From Narcine bancroftii (lineage: Eukaryota), in NCBI RefSeq assembly GCF_036971445.1, contig NC_091473.1, positions 9,238,001 to 9,302,000 of the forward strand: a stretch of 64,000 nt of DNA, in the 5' to 3' direction. Both the position numbers and the translations under genes were made by a program. The notes below the pieces were generated by a model that did not search any database, was not told the DNA's origin, and was given only the letters and a program-made list of their open reading frames with translations. Of this stretch, positions 22,393 through 35,895 are shown piece by piece (position 1 is the stretch's first letter; each line of letters starts with the position of its first letter).

Positions 22393-24710
22393 ATGCCAAT
22401 TTTAAAATTTAAATTGATAGCATCCAAGATATTTTATAGACATGATGAGATATGGTCGTGTGCGATTGACATGCAAAAGGTCGCACCCTCATTGCAGGAA
22501 AATGGATTGAATAAATGTGAGTTAAAGCAAAGAAGGTTTTTCTTTTTAAAAAAAAAGTGAATTCACTGATGATGTGTTACAGATGGTCGTTGTTGTATAT
22601 TTCCTGTCTCATTTTAGTGGAAATATTAAGTCAACTTTGAGTAACAAAATAGGATGCACTGCAACTGATGCCTGGTATTCATTAAATTCAACTTTGTGGT
22701 TTCATTCATCAAAAGCACTTCTTGTACCTTGTTACATGCCAAGCCCAACATACACTGAGTGGATCTGTAATGAAGGAACACTTTGGCCACAGAGAGAGCA
22801 TAACATTGACTTTCTGGAAATATTCCTGGAACTTGTGGTAAATGATGCGATTAAGTACTGCAGTCTTCGGAAGTTAGAAGATTAATGGATGATTTGATTG
22901 AACTTTCCAAAAATGTTGGAGGGGACTGATGGAATCGATAGAAACTGTTTTCACTTGTTGTGAAATCTAAGATTAATTGGGATAGTCAGAATCAGAACCA
23001 GGACCCTCCAAGACCAAAATAAGAAACCATTCCGGATCCACTTGGAAGGTGAAAATTTGGATCTGTTTTCTGCAAATGACAAGTCTTTTTTTTCCCATTT
23101 TAAATCTGAGCTAAATATATTAAAAAATAAACAGAAATTATCTATCACAATCATCCATGGTCCCATTGAAAGGCTTGAAATATTCCTTTGTTCCTTTTGT
23201 TTTTAATAGCTGTAATTTTAATTGCAATAATAATTTCATTTAAAAGAAATCATGAAATGAGCTGGACATTTGAAACTTTCCTGTTTAAGATTTAGTGCAA
23301 GATTGTCAGAGTTGAGGACAGAATGCCAACTTTTAGAAATAAAATGGCTCACAATATAATCACTGCTGCAGATATGGCTCAGTTTTAAACACAGATCTGA
23401 ATATTGAAGCTGAAATCTATTGAAGACAAACTGATGGCAAACTATTGAGAAAGAGTGAAACGGATTTTCAAAGTGAAAGACTGAATATATTGTAATCAAC
23501 GAGAACACTAGTCACTACACATCAAAATCTAGCACAATGACACACTTTGGAATACACTGGCACCAATCATTATTGTCCATGGACAATATTCACCAGAGCT
23601 TTGTTGAATTAAATTAGCAGGTAACATACTTTATATTAAAAAAATATTTGATTTGGTATTCACTTTTCTTACTGCTGATTTACTTTTGTTTTTTTTTCTG
23701 CAATAAGGATTATAGCTCTTTCCACGACCCAGGTATAGGAGCGTTGGTGAAGTATGTTCTCTGGATTAAATGGCAATGGTACTGCTCTTTAAAGTGCCCA
23801 AATATAGTTGTCCTGAGCAGATGGTGGAGAGCATTCACCCTGAACCACAACCTGCACTGAAATGATTGTTAACTGGTATTTAGAAACAAGTCTTTGGCTA
23901 CAGGTTTGATCAAAGAATATGTAGGAAGTAAAAAAAAATGAGTAGAAAAGAGTTCCTCCAACTGATAAAAATTGAATTGGTGTGTAGATCCAATCAGACA
24001 CATAGATGTACGACACAATTATAACAACTTGCTCAAGGTTTCTTCCAGGGATATTCCAAAGGAAAAGTTCACAAAGCTGGATTTTTCAGTCCATTGTCAG
24101 AAACTTTCTGGAACAAAAAGTGCTGTCAATTTACCCTGCTTACTATTTAGGGTGTATTATTTAGTATTAAAATTAATAATTCTACAAGAGATACGTTTGA
24201 AATATTGAATCCAATATTGTGCAGGTGAAGACACCTTGAGTGTAATGCTTTTAAAGAACTTTCCTTAAAATGCATTAAATATGCTAGAAATTTTAGGTCA
24301 GGTAGTATTCAGAGAGAGAGAATAAAAGTTTTAAGCTTACAACCTTGAATCAAGTCTAGAAGGAGAGAAATATAACACATTCTTCAAGGCAGATGAGGGG
24401 GCAAAAGAATAAAAAGAAAAGGTTTGAATAAAAGAGTTGAAAGAAAGTAAATGACAAAGGGGTGATATGCAAGACAAAAAGAATGCCAGAAATGTTTTCT
24501 GTAGTTGTGGAAATCTGCATTTAGTCCTGAAGGCTGTAATGTGTCTGAAACAAAGATGAGATCTGCTTCACCAGAGCTTTGTTGAATTAAATTAGCAGGT
24601 AACATAAAACTCAGATTTATATTGTGATTTAACAGAGGTATTCTGCACGAAATGTAATCAAGATTACTCAGTCTAAGTTTGCTCTCTAACCCCCACCCCA
24701 TTCGAGAAGA

Positions 24711-25225
24711 CAGTACTGCATAACATCCGTTCGGGCAACGTCCAACCGCATATACGTCCGCAATCCTATAAGGTTATAATAGAGTTCAAAAATCCTGATC
24801 AGAGAATGACGTATCCGGATGTAGTGGCTTCCCGCGTGCAACAATGGTACCTCATGTCTCTTGAATACAAAGCGATTGTACTGCCAGGCGTATGATGGTA
24901 CAGTATATAACCTATAATACATATGTCTTGATAGTCATAATAAACCCCAATGTTATTGGCTTAAGTATGTACTTTCTATCATTATTTTAATGAGAACCTT
25001 CCCTACTTACAAATAAAAAGTTTACAGAATTGTATAGTATTAACCTACTTAACCTTGCCAGATACATTAGCTGAAATACAGCACTGTATGTGTACTGTAT
25101 CTTGGCTATTTAGTCAATACTGGTACACTACAGTATCCCATCTAGCTTTGCTAAGTGTATGATATGGTGTTCGCATAACGTCCTAGTTCACAGAATGTAT
25201 GGTGGACGTTAAGTGATGCATGTGT
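24711..25225. mobile_element. Tigger/pogo-like non-autonomous DNA transposon, old
   Basis: Ends cagtactgcataacatccg / ggacgttaagtgatgcatg resemble Tigger3-type termini. Confidence 0.5.
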
Positions 25226-25948
25226 TGAGAGAGAAGGATGGATTGGAATAAAATGGCTGGAAATGGAGCATTTAGTTTATACACAGTGCAGTCATAACTC
25301 AACCCAATGATTCACACAATAATTCTGGAATTCCCTGTTGATCCCTCTTGATTCATTATTTGTTCCCCCTTTACCTTGTATATCCATCCCTTTTATTATT
25401 TAATCTCTTGTCCATTTTTTTCTCTATTTATTTTGACCACCTGTACTTACCACACTTTTTAAAAAAATATTTTACTTACCACACTTCGTGTTGCCATTTT
25501 CAGGGAACATAGTCCTCGAACGCTAGGTCTTTCTTTTCAACCACACTTCCCAAGGCTCTACCATTCACTGTGTATGTCCTCCCTTGGCTTCTTAATTTGC
25601 ATCTTTTAAACCCTTTATACCAGATAATGTTTTCCATTTCTGATGGAAGTTTGTCACCTGAAATAGTAATAGTTTTTCTGTCTCCATCGATGCTGCAAAA
25701 TAGTTTGCAGTATTTTTGCCTTTTTTTTCAGTTATTGGATCCATAGTATTTTGCTTTGAAAAGACTTTCTCTGAATTGTGCTTCCAGAAAAGTAACAAAA
25801 TGATTTAAAATTAAGGGATCCAGTATGGTACCCATTGTTTTCATTCATTCACAGGAGATATGGAACACGGGCAACACCGACACCGACTCTCAATCGTTTC
25901 TGATCTGAGGAGGCAGTTAAGAGTTAAGCATGGAGTGAAACTAGAATG

Positions 25949-26067
25949 TAGTTAATACGCAAAAATACTGGGGAAACTCAGTAGGTCTTGTGTATCTTGT
26001 ATATTTTTGCCTCCTGTATATGCTGCGGGTCCTGCTGAGTTTCTCCAGTACTTTTGTGTATTAACTA
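25949..26067. repeat. Fold-back Penelope-end-derived element
   Basis: Inverted arms tagttaatacgcaaaaatactggggaaactcagtagg / cctgctgagtttctccagtacttttgtgtattaacta. Confidence 0.75.
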
Positions 26068-26415
26068 AGAGTTAGCCGTATTTTGGGATCAGGAATTACA
26101 TAAAATTAAACTGAATTTGAATTTAACTGGACCCAGTAGATGTAGTGACATTTGTATGAAGGCATCTTCCTCTGAGAAATGATGATGATCCCGTGACTAT
26201 CTGCATCACTCGTTAGTTCAGCTTATGATCAAGGTACCACGAGTTATGCACAACCTGATCTTTTGTGCCTGTTTATTCTTTTGGTAAATCTAGTCAAGTT
26301 GAAGATATTAACAATCATTATTATAAAATTTCACTGGTAATTTTGTTATGATGCCATCTCTTTGTTAATTATGGTTTCATATTTTGAGACAAGATGTCAT
26401 TCTTAATAGAAATAA

Positions 26416-26604
<189 letters not shown>

Positions 26605-26914
26605 TAAGGCTTTATGTACCATCTGCAAACCTTGTCAGCTGTCACTGTTGGTTCTAAATTTGGATATGATCTTGTAAATTGGATGTCAAGGTAGACTATT
26701 ATGTCAGTCTTACATCCAGAGCTAATAATGTACTACTTGTTGTTCAACCATTGAAAATATTTTGTTTGTTGATGTAATATTAACATTCTCATTTTCAACA
26801 GGTAGAGACTCAAGTTAACTTTCTTTCAAACCCATTCCAAAAGCCAGTAACTATTCAAATGGAAATGACGATGCTTAGCATTCCCCCTGCCTCTCCCTTC
26901 CCCGATCACTGTTT

Positions 26915-28697
26915 CATACGCACGCAGCAACTAAAGTACGCTTAGACCACCTAGACATCAGCAACACATCTGGCTATTCTTCATCGACTACAGCTCAGCC
27001 TTCAACACCATCATTCCCTCAGTGCTGGTCAACAAACTCTAAAATTTCGGCCTCTGATCCTGGACTTCCTCATTGGAAGACCACAGTCAGTATGAATTAG
27101 AAAGAGCATCTCACCTCAAGAATGTGTACTTAGCTCACTGCTCTACTCACTTTACACTCATGATTGTGGCCAGGCACAATTCAAGTGCTGTCTATAAATT
27201 TGTCGATGACACCACAGTTGTCAGCAGAATCACAGATGCCAATGAGGAAGGGTACAGGGGGGAGAGAGATCAGCTCATTGAACGGTGGCACAACAACCAC
27301 CTTGCACTCATTGTTAGGAGTCAGGAGTGCTGAGGGTCAAGAACTTAAAGTTCTTGGCTGTCAACATACCTGAGGATCTGTCTTGGGGCCTCCACGAGAA
27401 TGCACAAAGAAGGCTTGCCAGCAGTGATCCCTCGTGAGGAGATTGAGGAGATTTGGTATGTCACCAAATACTCTTGCAAATGTCTACAGGTGCACCGTCG
27501 ACAGCATTCTGACTAGTTGCATCACTGTCTGATATGGAGGTGCGAATGCACAGGACTGGAAGGAAAACCTCCAGAGAGTTGTTGACTCGGCCAGCAACAG
27601 CACGGGCATTAGTCTTCATTCCTTCAACAACATATACAAGAGGTAGTGTCTTAAGAAAACAGCCTCTTTTCTCAAGGACCCCCACCACCCAGGTAATGCC
27701 CTCTACACACCTCTACTATCGAGAAGGAGTTGTCAAGTTTATTGTCATCTGATTGTACAAGTACAATCTGATGAAACAGTGTTTTCCAGTCTTTGGTCCA
27801 AAACATGCAGACACACAGCCAGACAGACAAACAATACATATGCAGGACAAGTATTCATTAGAGACAAATAAATATTGTTTCATGAATATGAGAGTCTCGG
27901 ATGGTTAGTATGAGCAGTTCCTTTGGTCGTTCAACTTTCTCACTGCCCGTGGGAAGAAGCTGTTCCTCAGCCTGGTGGTGCCGTCTCAGATACTCCTGTA
28001 TCTCTTCACCGATAGGAGCAGCTGAAAGATGCTGTATGCAGGGTGGAAGGGGTCCTCAGTGATTTTTTGTGCCTATTTCAGACAGTGATCCCAGTAGATC
28101 ATGTCGGTGGGGAGTGATCCTCCCTGCCACTCTTATGGTCCTGTGGATTGACCTCTGATCCATTATCTGCAGCAACCGTACCACACGGTGATGCAGCCGG
28201 CCAGGACGCTCTCGCTAGAACTGTAGAAGGTTGATATAATGGGGCCTGGTAACCTTGCCCGCTTCAGTCTTCTCTGGAAGTGCAGTTATTGTTGTGCCTT
28301 CCTGACAAGTGAGGAGATGTTGTGTAACCGTGATAGGTCACTGGTTAAGTGGACCCCTAGGAACTTGGTGGTCCCCACTCTCTGTACTACAGATTTGTTG
28401 ATGTGTAGTGGGGGGTGGTCATTCTTTGTCCTCCTGAGGTCCAAGATCAAAATGTCTTGTCCACATTTAGGAGGTGCAGGAGCCTAAAGACGAGCACCCA
28501 ATGATACAAGGACAACATCTTCCCCTCTGCCATCAGATTTCTGAATGGACAGTGGACCATAGACATAACCTGATTTTCTCCTATTTCTGTTGATTTATTT
28601 ATTTATTTTGAAATGTAATTTATAAGCAATATTTGTACTGTAGTGCTGCCATAAAACAATGAACATCAATGTTCATGACAATAAATTCTGATTCTGA
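26915..28697 (+). mobile_element. Rex1/Babar-like LINE fragment containing a related 3' fragment in reverse orientation (~27728-28445)
   Basis: FIDYSSAFNTIIP and KFVDDTTVV RT motifs. 3' tail gacaataaattctgattctga at 28677-28697. Confidence 0.75.
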
Positions 28698-28737
28698 AAA
28701 GGTAGGTATTTTAAAATTTTTTCTTTTTAATTTTTAG

Positions 28738-28869
28738 AGAGAATCAGAGGAGAAAAATTGCGCACTGAAAGAGCAGCTGAAATCGTGGCAGCGACTGCGG
28801 CATGACTTAGAAAGAGCACGGCTCCTCGTTGAGTTAATCCGGAAAAGGGAAAAGCTAAAGCGTGAGGAG
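28738..28869 (+). CDS. BRPF1: BRPF1 coding exon 3
   Basis: tttttAG|AGA GAA ... GAG GAG|GTgaga. Encodes [44 protein letters not shown]. Confidence 0.95.
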
Positions 28870-29525
28870 GTGAGACAACTCCTGAAATTCAGCTTTAAAA
28901 ACTGCCTGCGGTGATGGGGGATTGTAAATTTCAACTACTGTACCATGTGTCTAGTTTCATATTAGATTCAGATTAAGTTGCACATTCACCATGAATAAAC
29001 TGTGGATGGTTGGATCATGTTAAATTCTCTGTAATGCTGCTAAAGTCTAAGAATTGCAAAGATTTATATATCAGTGAAAGGATGAATAGGCTGTGCCTCC
29101 TCCATTTATCGGATTACCTTTTGTAATTCAGTGTGGTTTGACTTTCCTGGCTAGAACACAAACAAGATGTTTCACTCTATCTTGGTACATGGGCTTTGAA
29201 AAGACAGGTGAAGGCAAAGTTGCAGAGGAGACCAATAATGGAAACCAAGAGTTCAAAATACAAAGTACAGCATGAATTAAATGTGAGGTTGAACATTATT
29301 TCTTTCCTCAGTGGTGAACTTTATCACATGAATAACTTGGGAGAAATAGTGCAAGTAAACTTGAGGAGAAATAATCTCAACGAGTGAGAAATTAATAGTT
29401 GGAAGTTATAGATATTGAGAATGGAAGGATGCTCATGAATTGCATCTGTGTCACCTTGGATCATTTTTTGCAGTATTTGTACTGTAGAATAATTGGCCCT
29501 AATGGCAGTTTGGTCAGAGGCAGAT

Positions 29526-30194
29526 CATAGATTCTCAAGGTGGGGGTGGGAATATTTTGATGGGGTGTGGGGCTTATGGATTTTCCCTCTTGGTTAACTC
29601 AACATTTGCTGGTGGACTTCTCTCTCTGAAGTTCTAATGCAATACCAAGAGGAGTTATCTGAGTTGCAACATGATGAATCTGTGAAAACTCTGTTCAAAG
29701 TGAAAGGAACCATGATGTGGCTGTCTAATGAAATTGAAAAGAAATACCCAAACTCCACTACTTTAGCAAGGGAACTATTGAGACATTTTCCATCACCTTA
29801 TTTAGTTGAATGTGGCTTCAGTGCTGTTGGTGATTTGCTACAAGCTAAGAGAAATTGACTGGAAATTACAAATGAGGAGATTTAAGGTTGAAACTAACAA
29901 AATTAGTCCCTCAAATCAAAAATATCCGCAGCCAGCATCAGGGCCAAGGTTCCCACTGAAGAGATGACAATTGTTGAATGTGTGTTTGAGAAGGTTGACA
30001 TATTGAGGTAGAAGTTGAATATGAAATATGTATTCCAGTGTGTTCCCGACCTTAACTGCATTGAAATACACTTGCAGTAAATTATTTAATTAAAGCTTCT
30101 TTTGAATATATAACATTTTTCCGCAAATGATGGGGTGTATGTAGTTTTGAAAAATTAAAGTGGGGCCTCAGACAAAAAAGGTTGAGAACAACTA
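29526..30194 (+). mobile_element. hAT/Charlie internal-deletion derivative with transposase C-terminal remnant
   Basis: Peptide KKYPNSTTLARELLRHFPSPYLVECGFS (hAT dimerisation region). Right end aaaaggttgagaacaacta. Degenerate TSD aggcagat/gggtagat. Same family as 59264-60364. Confidence 0.85.
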
Positions 30195-31100
30195 GGGTAG
30201 ATGATGAGTGAAAGTTCCTCTTCCACTCTGGCATTGTTGCTTCGTCTTTGACTTTTCTCCTCTATTTTCCCCTCGTGTTGGTGAGTCTCTAGCTGTCATT
30301 GTGAATTTTGCATAATATTGTTTCATTGTTAAATCCAGGAAAGAAAGTAAATTCTTCAGAATTTGTTTTGTGATCAAGAAGAGTGTCATTTAATGGTGGT
30401 CTTCTGAATTGCTTATCAGGAGTCACTTTAAAATATTGATTTGTGAACAGCAGTTCTTAAGTAAGTCCCTGGATGTGGGATCAGAGCATTGGTGAACATG
30501 ACTGTGTGAATTCTGTGCAAATACCAGAAAAATCTTTTATATTTTATTGAAGGATACTCTGAATTGACAAACATACATTATATACTTAGTATTAATTTTC
30601 TGCTTTGTACTAAAACTATTTAAAACATTTTACAATCATGAATTAGAAAACTAGCTAGGATGAAGACTGGCAAGCATTTATGTCGTTGAAACACCTCCAA
30701 TGTTGAAAATTTGAAATCAAAATGGAAGATTGAAATCAAAACAGAAGATGCTGGCAATGCAAAGAGAGAGTGCTGCAGATACCAGCATATTGGGCAGCAA
30801 ACTATGAAGAGGAACAGTGTAAACATGTCAGAAATTCTGATTGGCCCAAAGCAGTCACACTTTTTTTCTCTCTCCACATATGCAGCCTGTTGTGCTTTAT
30901 TTCTTTTTAATGTCAGCTTAAATTTTGAGCCAGAAGTAAAATTTCAGCATTGGAACTTCTGATATGAAATTTGTGTTCTGCATGATAAAGGTAATTGAGA
31001 ATTGTAAAGGAAGTCAATGGGTATTTTGATCAAAAGAGTCACCTGCTTTATTCATCACAAATTTTATTTCTGATTGACATCATTCTTGGTTGTAACACAG

Positions 31101-31229
31101 CTCAAAATACAGCAGTTTGCAATGGAGCTACAGCTGACACCCTTCCTTATCCTCCTCCGAAAGACGCTAGAACAGCTCCAGGAGAAAGACACAGGAAACA
31201 TCTTTGGTGAGCCTGTTCCATTAAAAGAG
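31101..31229 (+). CDS. BRPF1: BRPF1 coding exon 4 (bromodomain start)
   Basis: acacAG|CTC AAA ... AAA GAG|GTatgt. Encodes [43 protein letters not shown]. Confidence 0.95.
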
Positions 31230-31338
31230 GTATGTTGCTTGTGGATTAGTTAATGCTGGTGAAAGGTTTTGAGTGAATTCTGAACTTCTGATTGTTAAAA
31301 GAATTCTGAATTCAATTTTTATTTTAAATTGTGATCAG

Positions 31339-31651
31339 GTACCAGATTATTTGGATCACATCAAAAAGCCAATGGACTTCCAAACAATGAAGAAACAGCT
31401 TGAAGGCTATCAATATCGGACGTTTGACCAATTTGAAGAAGATTTTAATTTGATTGTGAACAACTGCTTACAGTACAATGCCAAGGACACAATATTTTAC
31501 CGTGCAGCAATTAGACTAAGAGAGCAAGGAGGTGCAGTACTGAAATATGCTCGCAAGCAGGCAGAGAAAATTAGTTTTGATTATGAAACAGGGATGCATG
31601 TACCTGAACCAGTGCCACCAGAAGATACGGGTCAGCATTTCTGGGAAGAAG
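31339..31651 (+). CDS. BRPF1: BRPF1 coding exon 5 (bromodomain)
   Basis: atcAG|GTA CCA GAT ... GAA G|GTgggt. Encodes [14 protein letters not shown]...[16 protein letters not shown]. Confidence 0.95.
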
Positions 31652-31806
31652 GTGGGTGTAGTTAGTAATTATAGAAATCAATGCATATTAATTATAAATT
31701 TCTCCCTCTCTATCTCCTTCTCCCTCTCTAGAAGTCTTAGCCAATTATATCTTTATAATTGTAAAATTAGGTTCTTTACAAAATTGGCGGGTCACTTTTT
31801 TCATTA

Positions 31807-32240
31807 GGCCCTTTCAAACTGCTGTATGAAATGGGGTTAACCGGGCAATTTGCCCAGTTAGCACCCCAATTATGTGGCAGTTAGAAAGGGTCTGATCTGG
31901 TCAACCCCGTCGGAATCCAACTGGGTCCCTGACCTACCTCAGAGGAAGTCAGGGAACCCAGTTAAACTTATCTAGGTCGTGTCCACAGGCGATTTGAAAA
32001 TGAAAATGGCCAACCCACTTCTTCCAGTGACACCGGGCAGCCAGCATCCGAACACCCGGCAGTTCTTGTGGTGAGTACGTGACGCATCATTGTGGGGGCA
32101 GGATCACCCTTAAATTGCCGGGATGGCGATTTCATGGGTAGATCCCCATGCAACTTAAAAGGTACTTTTCCAACACTTTTGCCCCAGTATCGCACCCGGC
32201 TCCCAGGAGGGCTACCCAGGGGCTGCAGTTTAAAAGACAC
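31807..32240. mobile_element. Harbinger-like MITE (degenerate TIRs)
   Basis: ggccctttcaaactg / cagtttaaaagacac ends, tta/tat flanks, GC-richer than the host intron. Confidence 0.5.
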
Positions 32241-33274
32241 TATTTTCTTTTGAATTCTCAGGCCAGTTTCTTCACTTCTTAGCAGTAGAAACTTGTACTT
32301 GCATGCAAAAGGCAAGAAAACAAGATTTTGAATGCTACAGTGATATAAATTAATTTCAGCTGTTCTTTTCTCATCCTATTTCTGCCCATTTTCCCACCCA
32401 CTTTGACAGTGCTAATTAACGCTGATGTTCATTACTATGGTGATCAAGACCGATGTTTCACTGTGCAGTTTAACAAAATGGAGTCTGACCTTGGGCTTAC
32501 CAGATGTTGGCATGAAAACAGTTCAAAGCCCTTGTCCCAGCAGAGATTGTGTTTTGTGGATCAAGCCTGGATCTGACACCAGTTAATTCAATGAAAAACC
32601 AGGCATTCCTTGTCTCCATTAATCCGAATGAACTGTTCGAAAAATCTCAGGTTTCAACATTGGAGGGAATATCTCTTGATAACTCCATGTCTCATAACAT
32701 TATTAGGTGAAATAACTAAAAAAAAGGTAGAATATAATTAATAGAAGCCATTTGTCTTTGCAAAATTTTGTGTGAATGCATTTTAATGAAATCTTTTAGA
32801 TTTCAAAACTTTGAGGCATGTACTAACCTGCAAACGCCTCACGACCTGTGTTCAATGAAAATGGCGTTTGAAATAGCCTTGGTTTTGCAAAGGTGTGTAT
32901 GTGTGACAGAGATTAAATTTACAGTCTCTGATATTGACTTCATCCTTGATGCAGAAGTGACGTGGTAATTAACATACTTTCTATAGTCTAGAATTAAGAA
33001 GATAAGCCAAGGTTTATTATTTCCTGCTATAAAGGACATGTGTGGATTAATGCAAAACAAGGTTTATCCCAGGATTGATTTTTCGCTGAACAGCTAACTT
33101 ACCTTCACTAGTTTAGCATCTGGAGAAGCCACGTTAAAAGCTGTAAAACTGTATCTCAGCAGGAATCTTGCTTTCCAAAGATTAAACTTGGACAAAGCAA
33201 ATTGAATTTCACGAAGGATCTTTGGACAATTGGCCTCCTTCTTTAAAGGAAGATAATTCTTATGACATATCAAA

Positions 33275-33609
33275 GGGCATTTTTACACAGAAAATTCAGA
33301 ATTATTCTGAAAAAAAAATAGCCTACTTGCCTCCAGTGTGTCCCGATATGGTCATTTAAACAGGGGCACTTTTACACAGCCTTCTTGTGTTGCTGAGTTT
33401 GTCAGAGGGGGAACGTTGTATTCATTAGACCTGTTTCTTATGGAGTGACTGCAGTCAATTGACACTGCAGCCGCTCCGTAAAAATGTGTAGGGGTACGAG
33501 TGGAAAAATTACCGGATGGAATTTGTATTAAAAAAATTCTGTCCTGACATTTTTCCACTATCACCAGAGCAGAAATTTTCTGCTGTTCAGTGGCTGTGTA
33601 AAAATGCCT
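33275..33609. mobile_element. Harbinger-like MITE
   Basis: Perfect 15-bp TIR ggcatttttacacag (33276-33290) / ctgtgtaaaaatgcc (33594-33608). 3-bp aaa flanks. Internal TIR-like copy at ~33364. Confidence 0.75.
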
Positions 33610-33931
33610 AAAGTCTTTATTTGGATACCTGCAACCTTTGTATCTCTGAGCCCTATATTTATTCAGAAGAATTTCATCTAGTTGTAATTATTTTTCATGA
33701 TATTTGTACAATATACAAATGCAAACAATATCAAAGATCTTGAATTATTCAGCTTGAAAAATTTTGTCAATATGACTGATTTGTGTCTTTGCAGTTTTAT
33801 AATATCCATAATAAGTAACCGACTGATAATTAATGTGTTGTGCTCCTACTCCTTTTCTGTCTTTCTCCTTCTCTTTCGTACAAATAACTTTTGTCTGTTT
33901 TGACCTTTTTGTGGTCACTGTGTTTTGACAG

Positions 33932-34243
33932 AAGTGGATCGGCTGCTAGTGCCTGAAAACAGATCACACATGTCACTGGAGGAACAACTGAAGGTACTTC
34001 TCAATAAACTGGACACAATGGGCTCCACGAAACAAAGCAATGGGCGATCACGTCGAGCTAAACTCTTGAGGAAAGAGGTTACCCTAATTCGGCGGAAACT
34101 TGGTCAGCATAGAGAGCAAAATGCAGGATCAGAGCGTCACGGCATACCAGGTCGAGGCTCCGCAGCTGGAATTAACCCTTCGGGTAAAGATGGGCAAACG
34201 GACAGTGCTGCTGAGGAAAGCAGCAGCCATGAGACTGGAAAAG
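33932..34243 (+). CDS. BRPF1: BRPF1 coding exon 6
   Basis: gacAG|AA GTG GAT ... AAA G|GTatgg. Encodes EVDRLLVPENRSHMSLEEQLK...DGQTDSAAEESSSHETGK. Confidence 0.93.
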
Positions 34244-34789
34244 GTATGGATGAGAACAGCCATTAATTAATCAATTTATTAACTAGAATCTGCAGAGAAA
34301 TAATGAAAAAATAGTTCAGGCTTGAAATAGTTCTGTGAATAGATAGTAAAAGGGCAACATTTGGTGCAGGTTGACATTGAAAGTTCTTAAATTCTGAGAA
34401 TTCAAGCCTCAGGATTGAATTTTGTAATGCAGTGTGTGGCTCTAAAAATTGTTTACTGTTGGCCATCCTAACATTCATCTCTGGTACAGTACTTGTAAAT
34501 TAAATGCTTGTTCCTGTTTAATACTTTGTAGTAATAAAGAATGTCCTTTCTAGGATTTTCATGTAGTTTATCTCAAAGTTTGTATTAAGGGTATGATTTG
34601 ATAATATGGGTCCTTGTTCGGTCCAGGTTACCACATTCACAGGCTGAGGAAGATTTGATTTTGCCATTTAGTAATTCAATAGCCACATTATCCATGTCAG
34701 GGCTAGATGCTGGTGAGAAGGGCCCACCTCCTTCAAGGAGAGTGGAACCCTGGAAGGTTCACTTTACCTTTAGTTCCTTTTCCTTTGAA

Positions 34790-35895
34790 TACTTTATTTT
34801 AAAATTATAAAACCACAATTACATCGAATTCTAATAAAATTCATATACAGTAAAATATATGTGGATAATATGTAACAAAAAGAAACCCCAACCTCCCTCT
34901 CCCTCCCCATTAATTCCCACTCTCCTTCTCCTACAACTACCCACTAAGAAAGAAAGGATATAATTCAACTATAGATATAATTCAACTTTTCAGCCGTGAA
35001 ACCAAGAATGGATTGAGAGCTCAAATCTTCAACACTTTTCAAATATGGGCTCCAAACTTTCAAAAAGAAATGGTATTTGTTCCGTAAATTATATTTTATC
35101 ATTTTAGGAGGGATACAGGTTTTCATTTCAATGTGCCATCTTTGCATTCCCAAGACCAAATCGGATTTCCACGGGATAGCTAAACATTTCTTAGATTCAG
35201 CTGAAGCTAAATGTAAAAAATTCAATTTGATACGTAGTCAATGAGTTCCTTGTTTCAGATAGTTATTTTTGGTGCATGTTTTAACCCATTTGTTGTTGAA
35301 ATTGACTGTTGAAGTATAGCATATCAATGAATCTTCTAAGATGGCTCATTCACTCAACTGGAGCTTGGAATAGCAGAGATGCCATGAGTGTTGGGATTCC
35401 AGGTAGTGCCTACAAATTAGTGAATAAGGTTAATTCTTTTTTTGAATATTTTACTTAAATATTTCCATACACGTATTCATATCAAAATGCAAAATATAAT
35501 CTAATCATATCAATTCCATTATACTTGATGATTTTATAACTCCCCCCAAAAAAATAAAAATTAAAAACTGCACCAACCCCCTCCCTCCCAAATAATAACA
35601 CCTAAAAGGATAGAAAAGGAAGAAAGAAAATACAATTAGTAAGGAAAGAAAAAAGAAGCAGATCTAGTTGTCAAGAGATCACCGCCTTTCACTCGATTCT
35701 AATAATTTTCATTTTTATTTGCTTATTCCAAGGAGTTAACGAGGTTTCACAAGGTTTAAGGAGAGCCATTTATAAATTTATACCTACAATATGTAAATAT
35801 GGGCACCAAATTTTCAAAAAAGTTTCAGATTTATTTCTTAGATTATACGTCATCTTCTCGAGGTATACAGTTATGAATTTCTGCATGCCATCTTA
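34790..35895 (-). mobile_element. Two L1-like LINE 3' fragments (~34790-35225 and ~35438-35895)
   Basis: Both have minus-strand A-rich tails and G-rich 3' UTRs. The first encodes the ORF2 C-terminus-like peptide KYNLRNKYHFFLKVWSPYLK. Confidence 0.6.
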
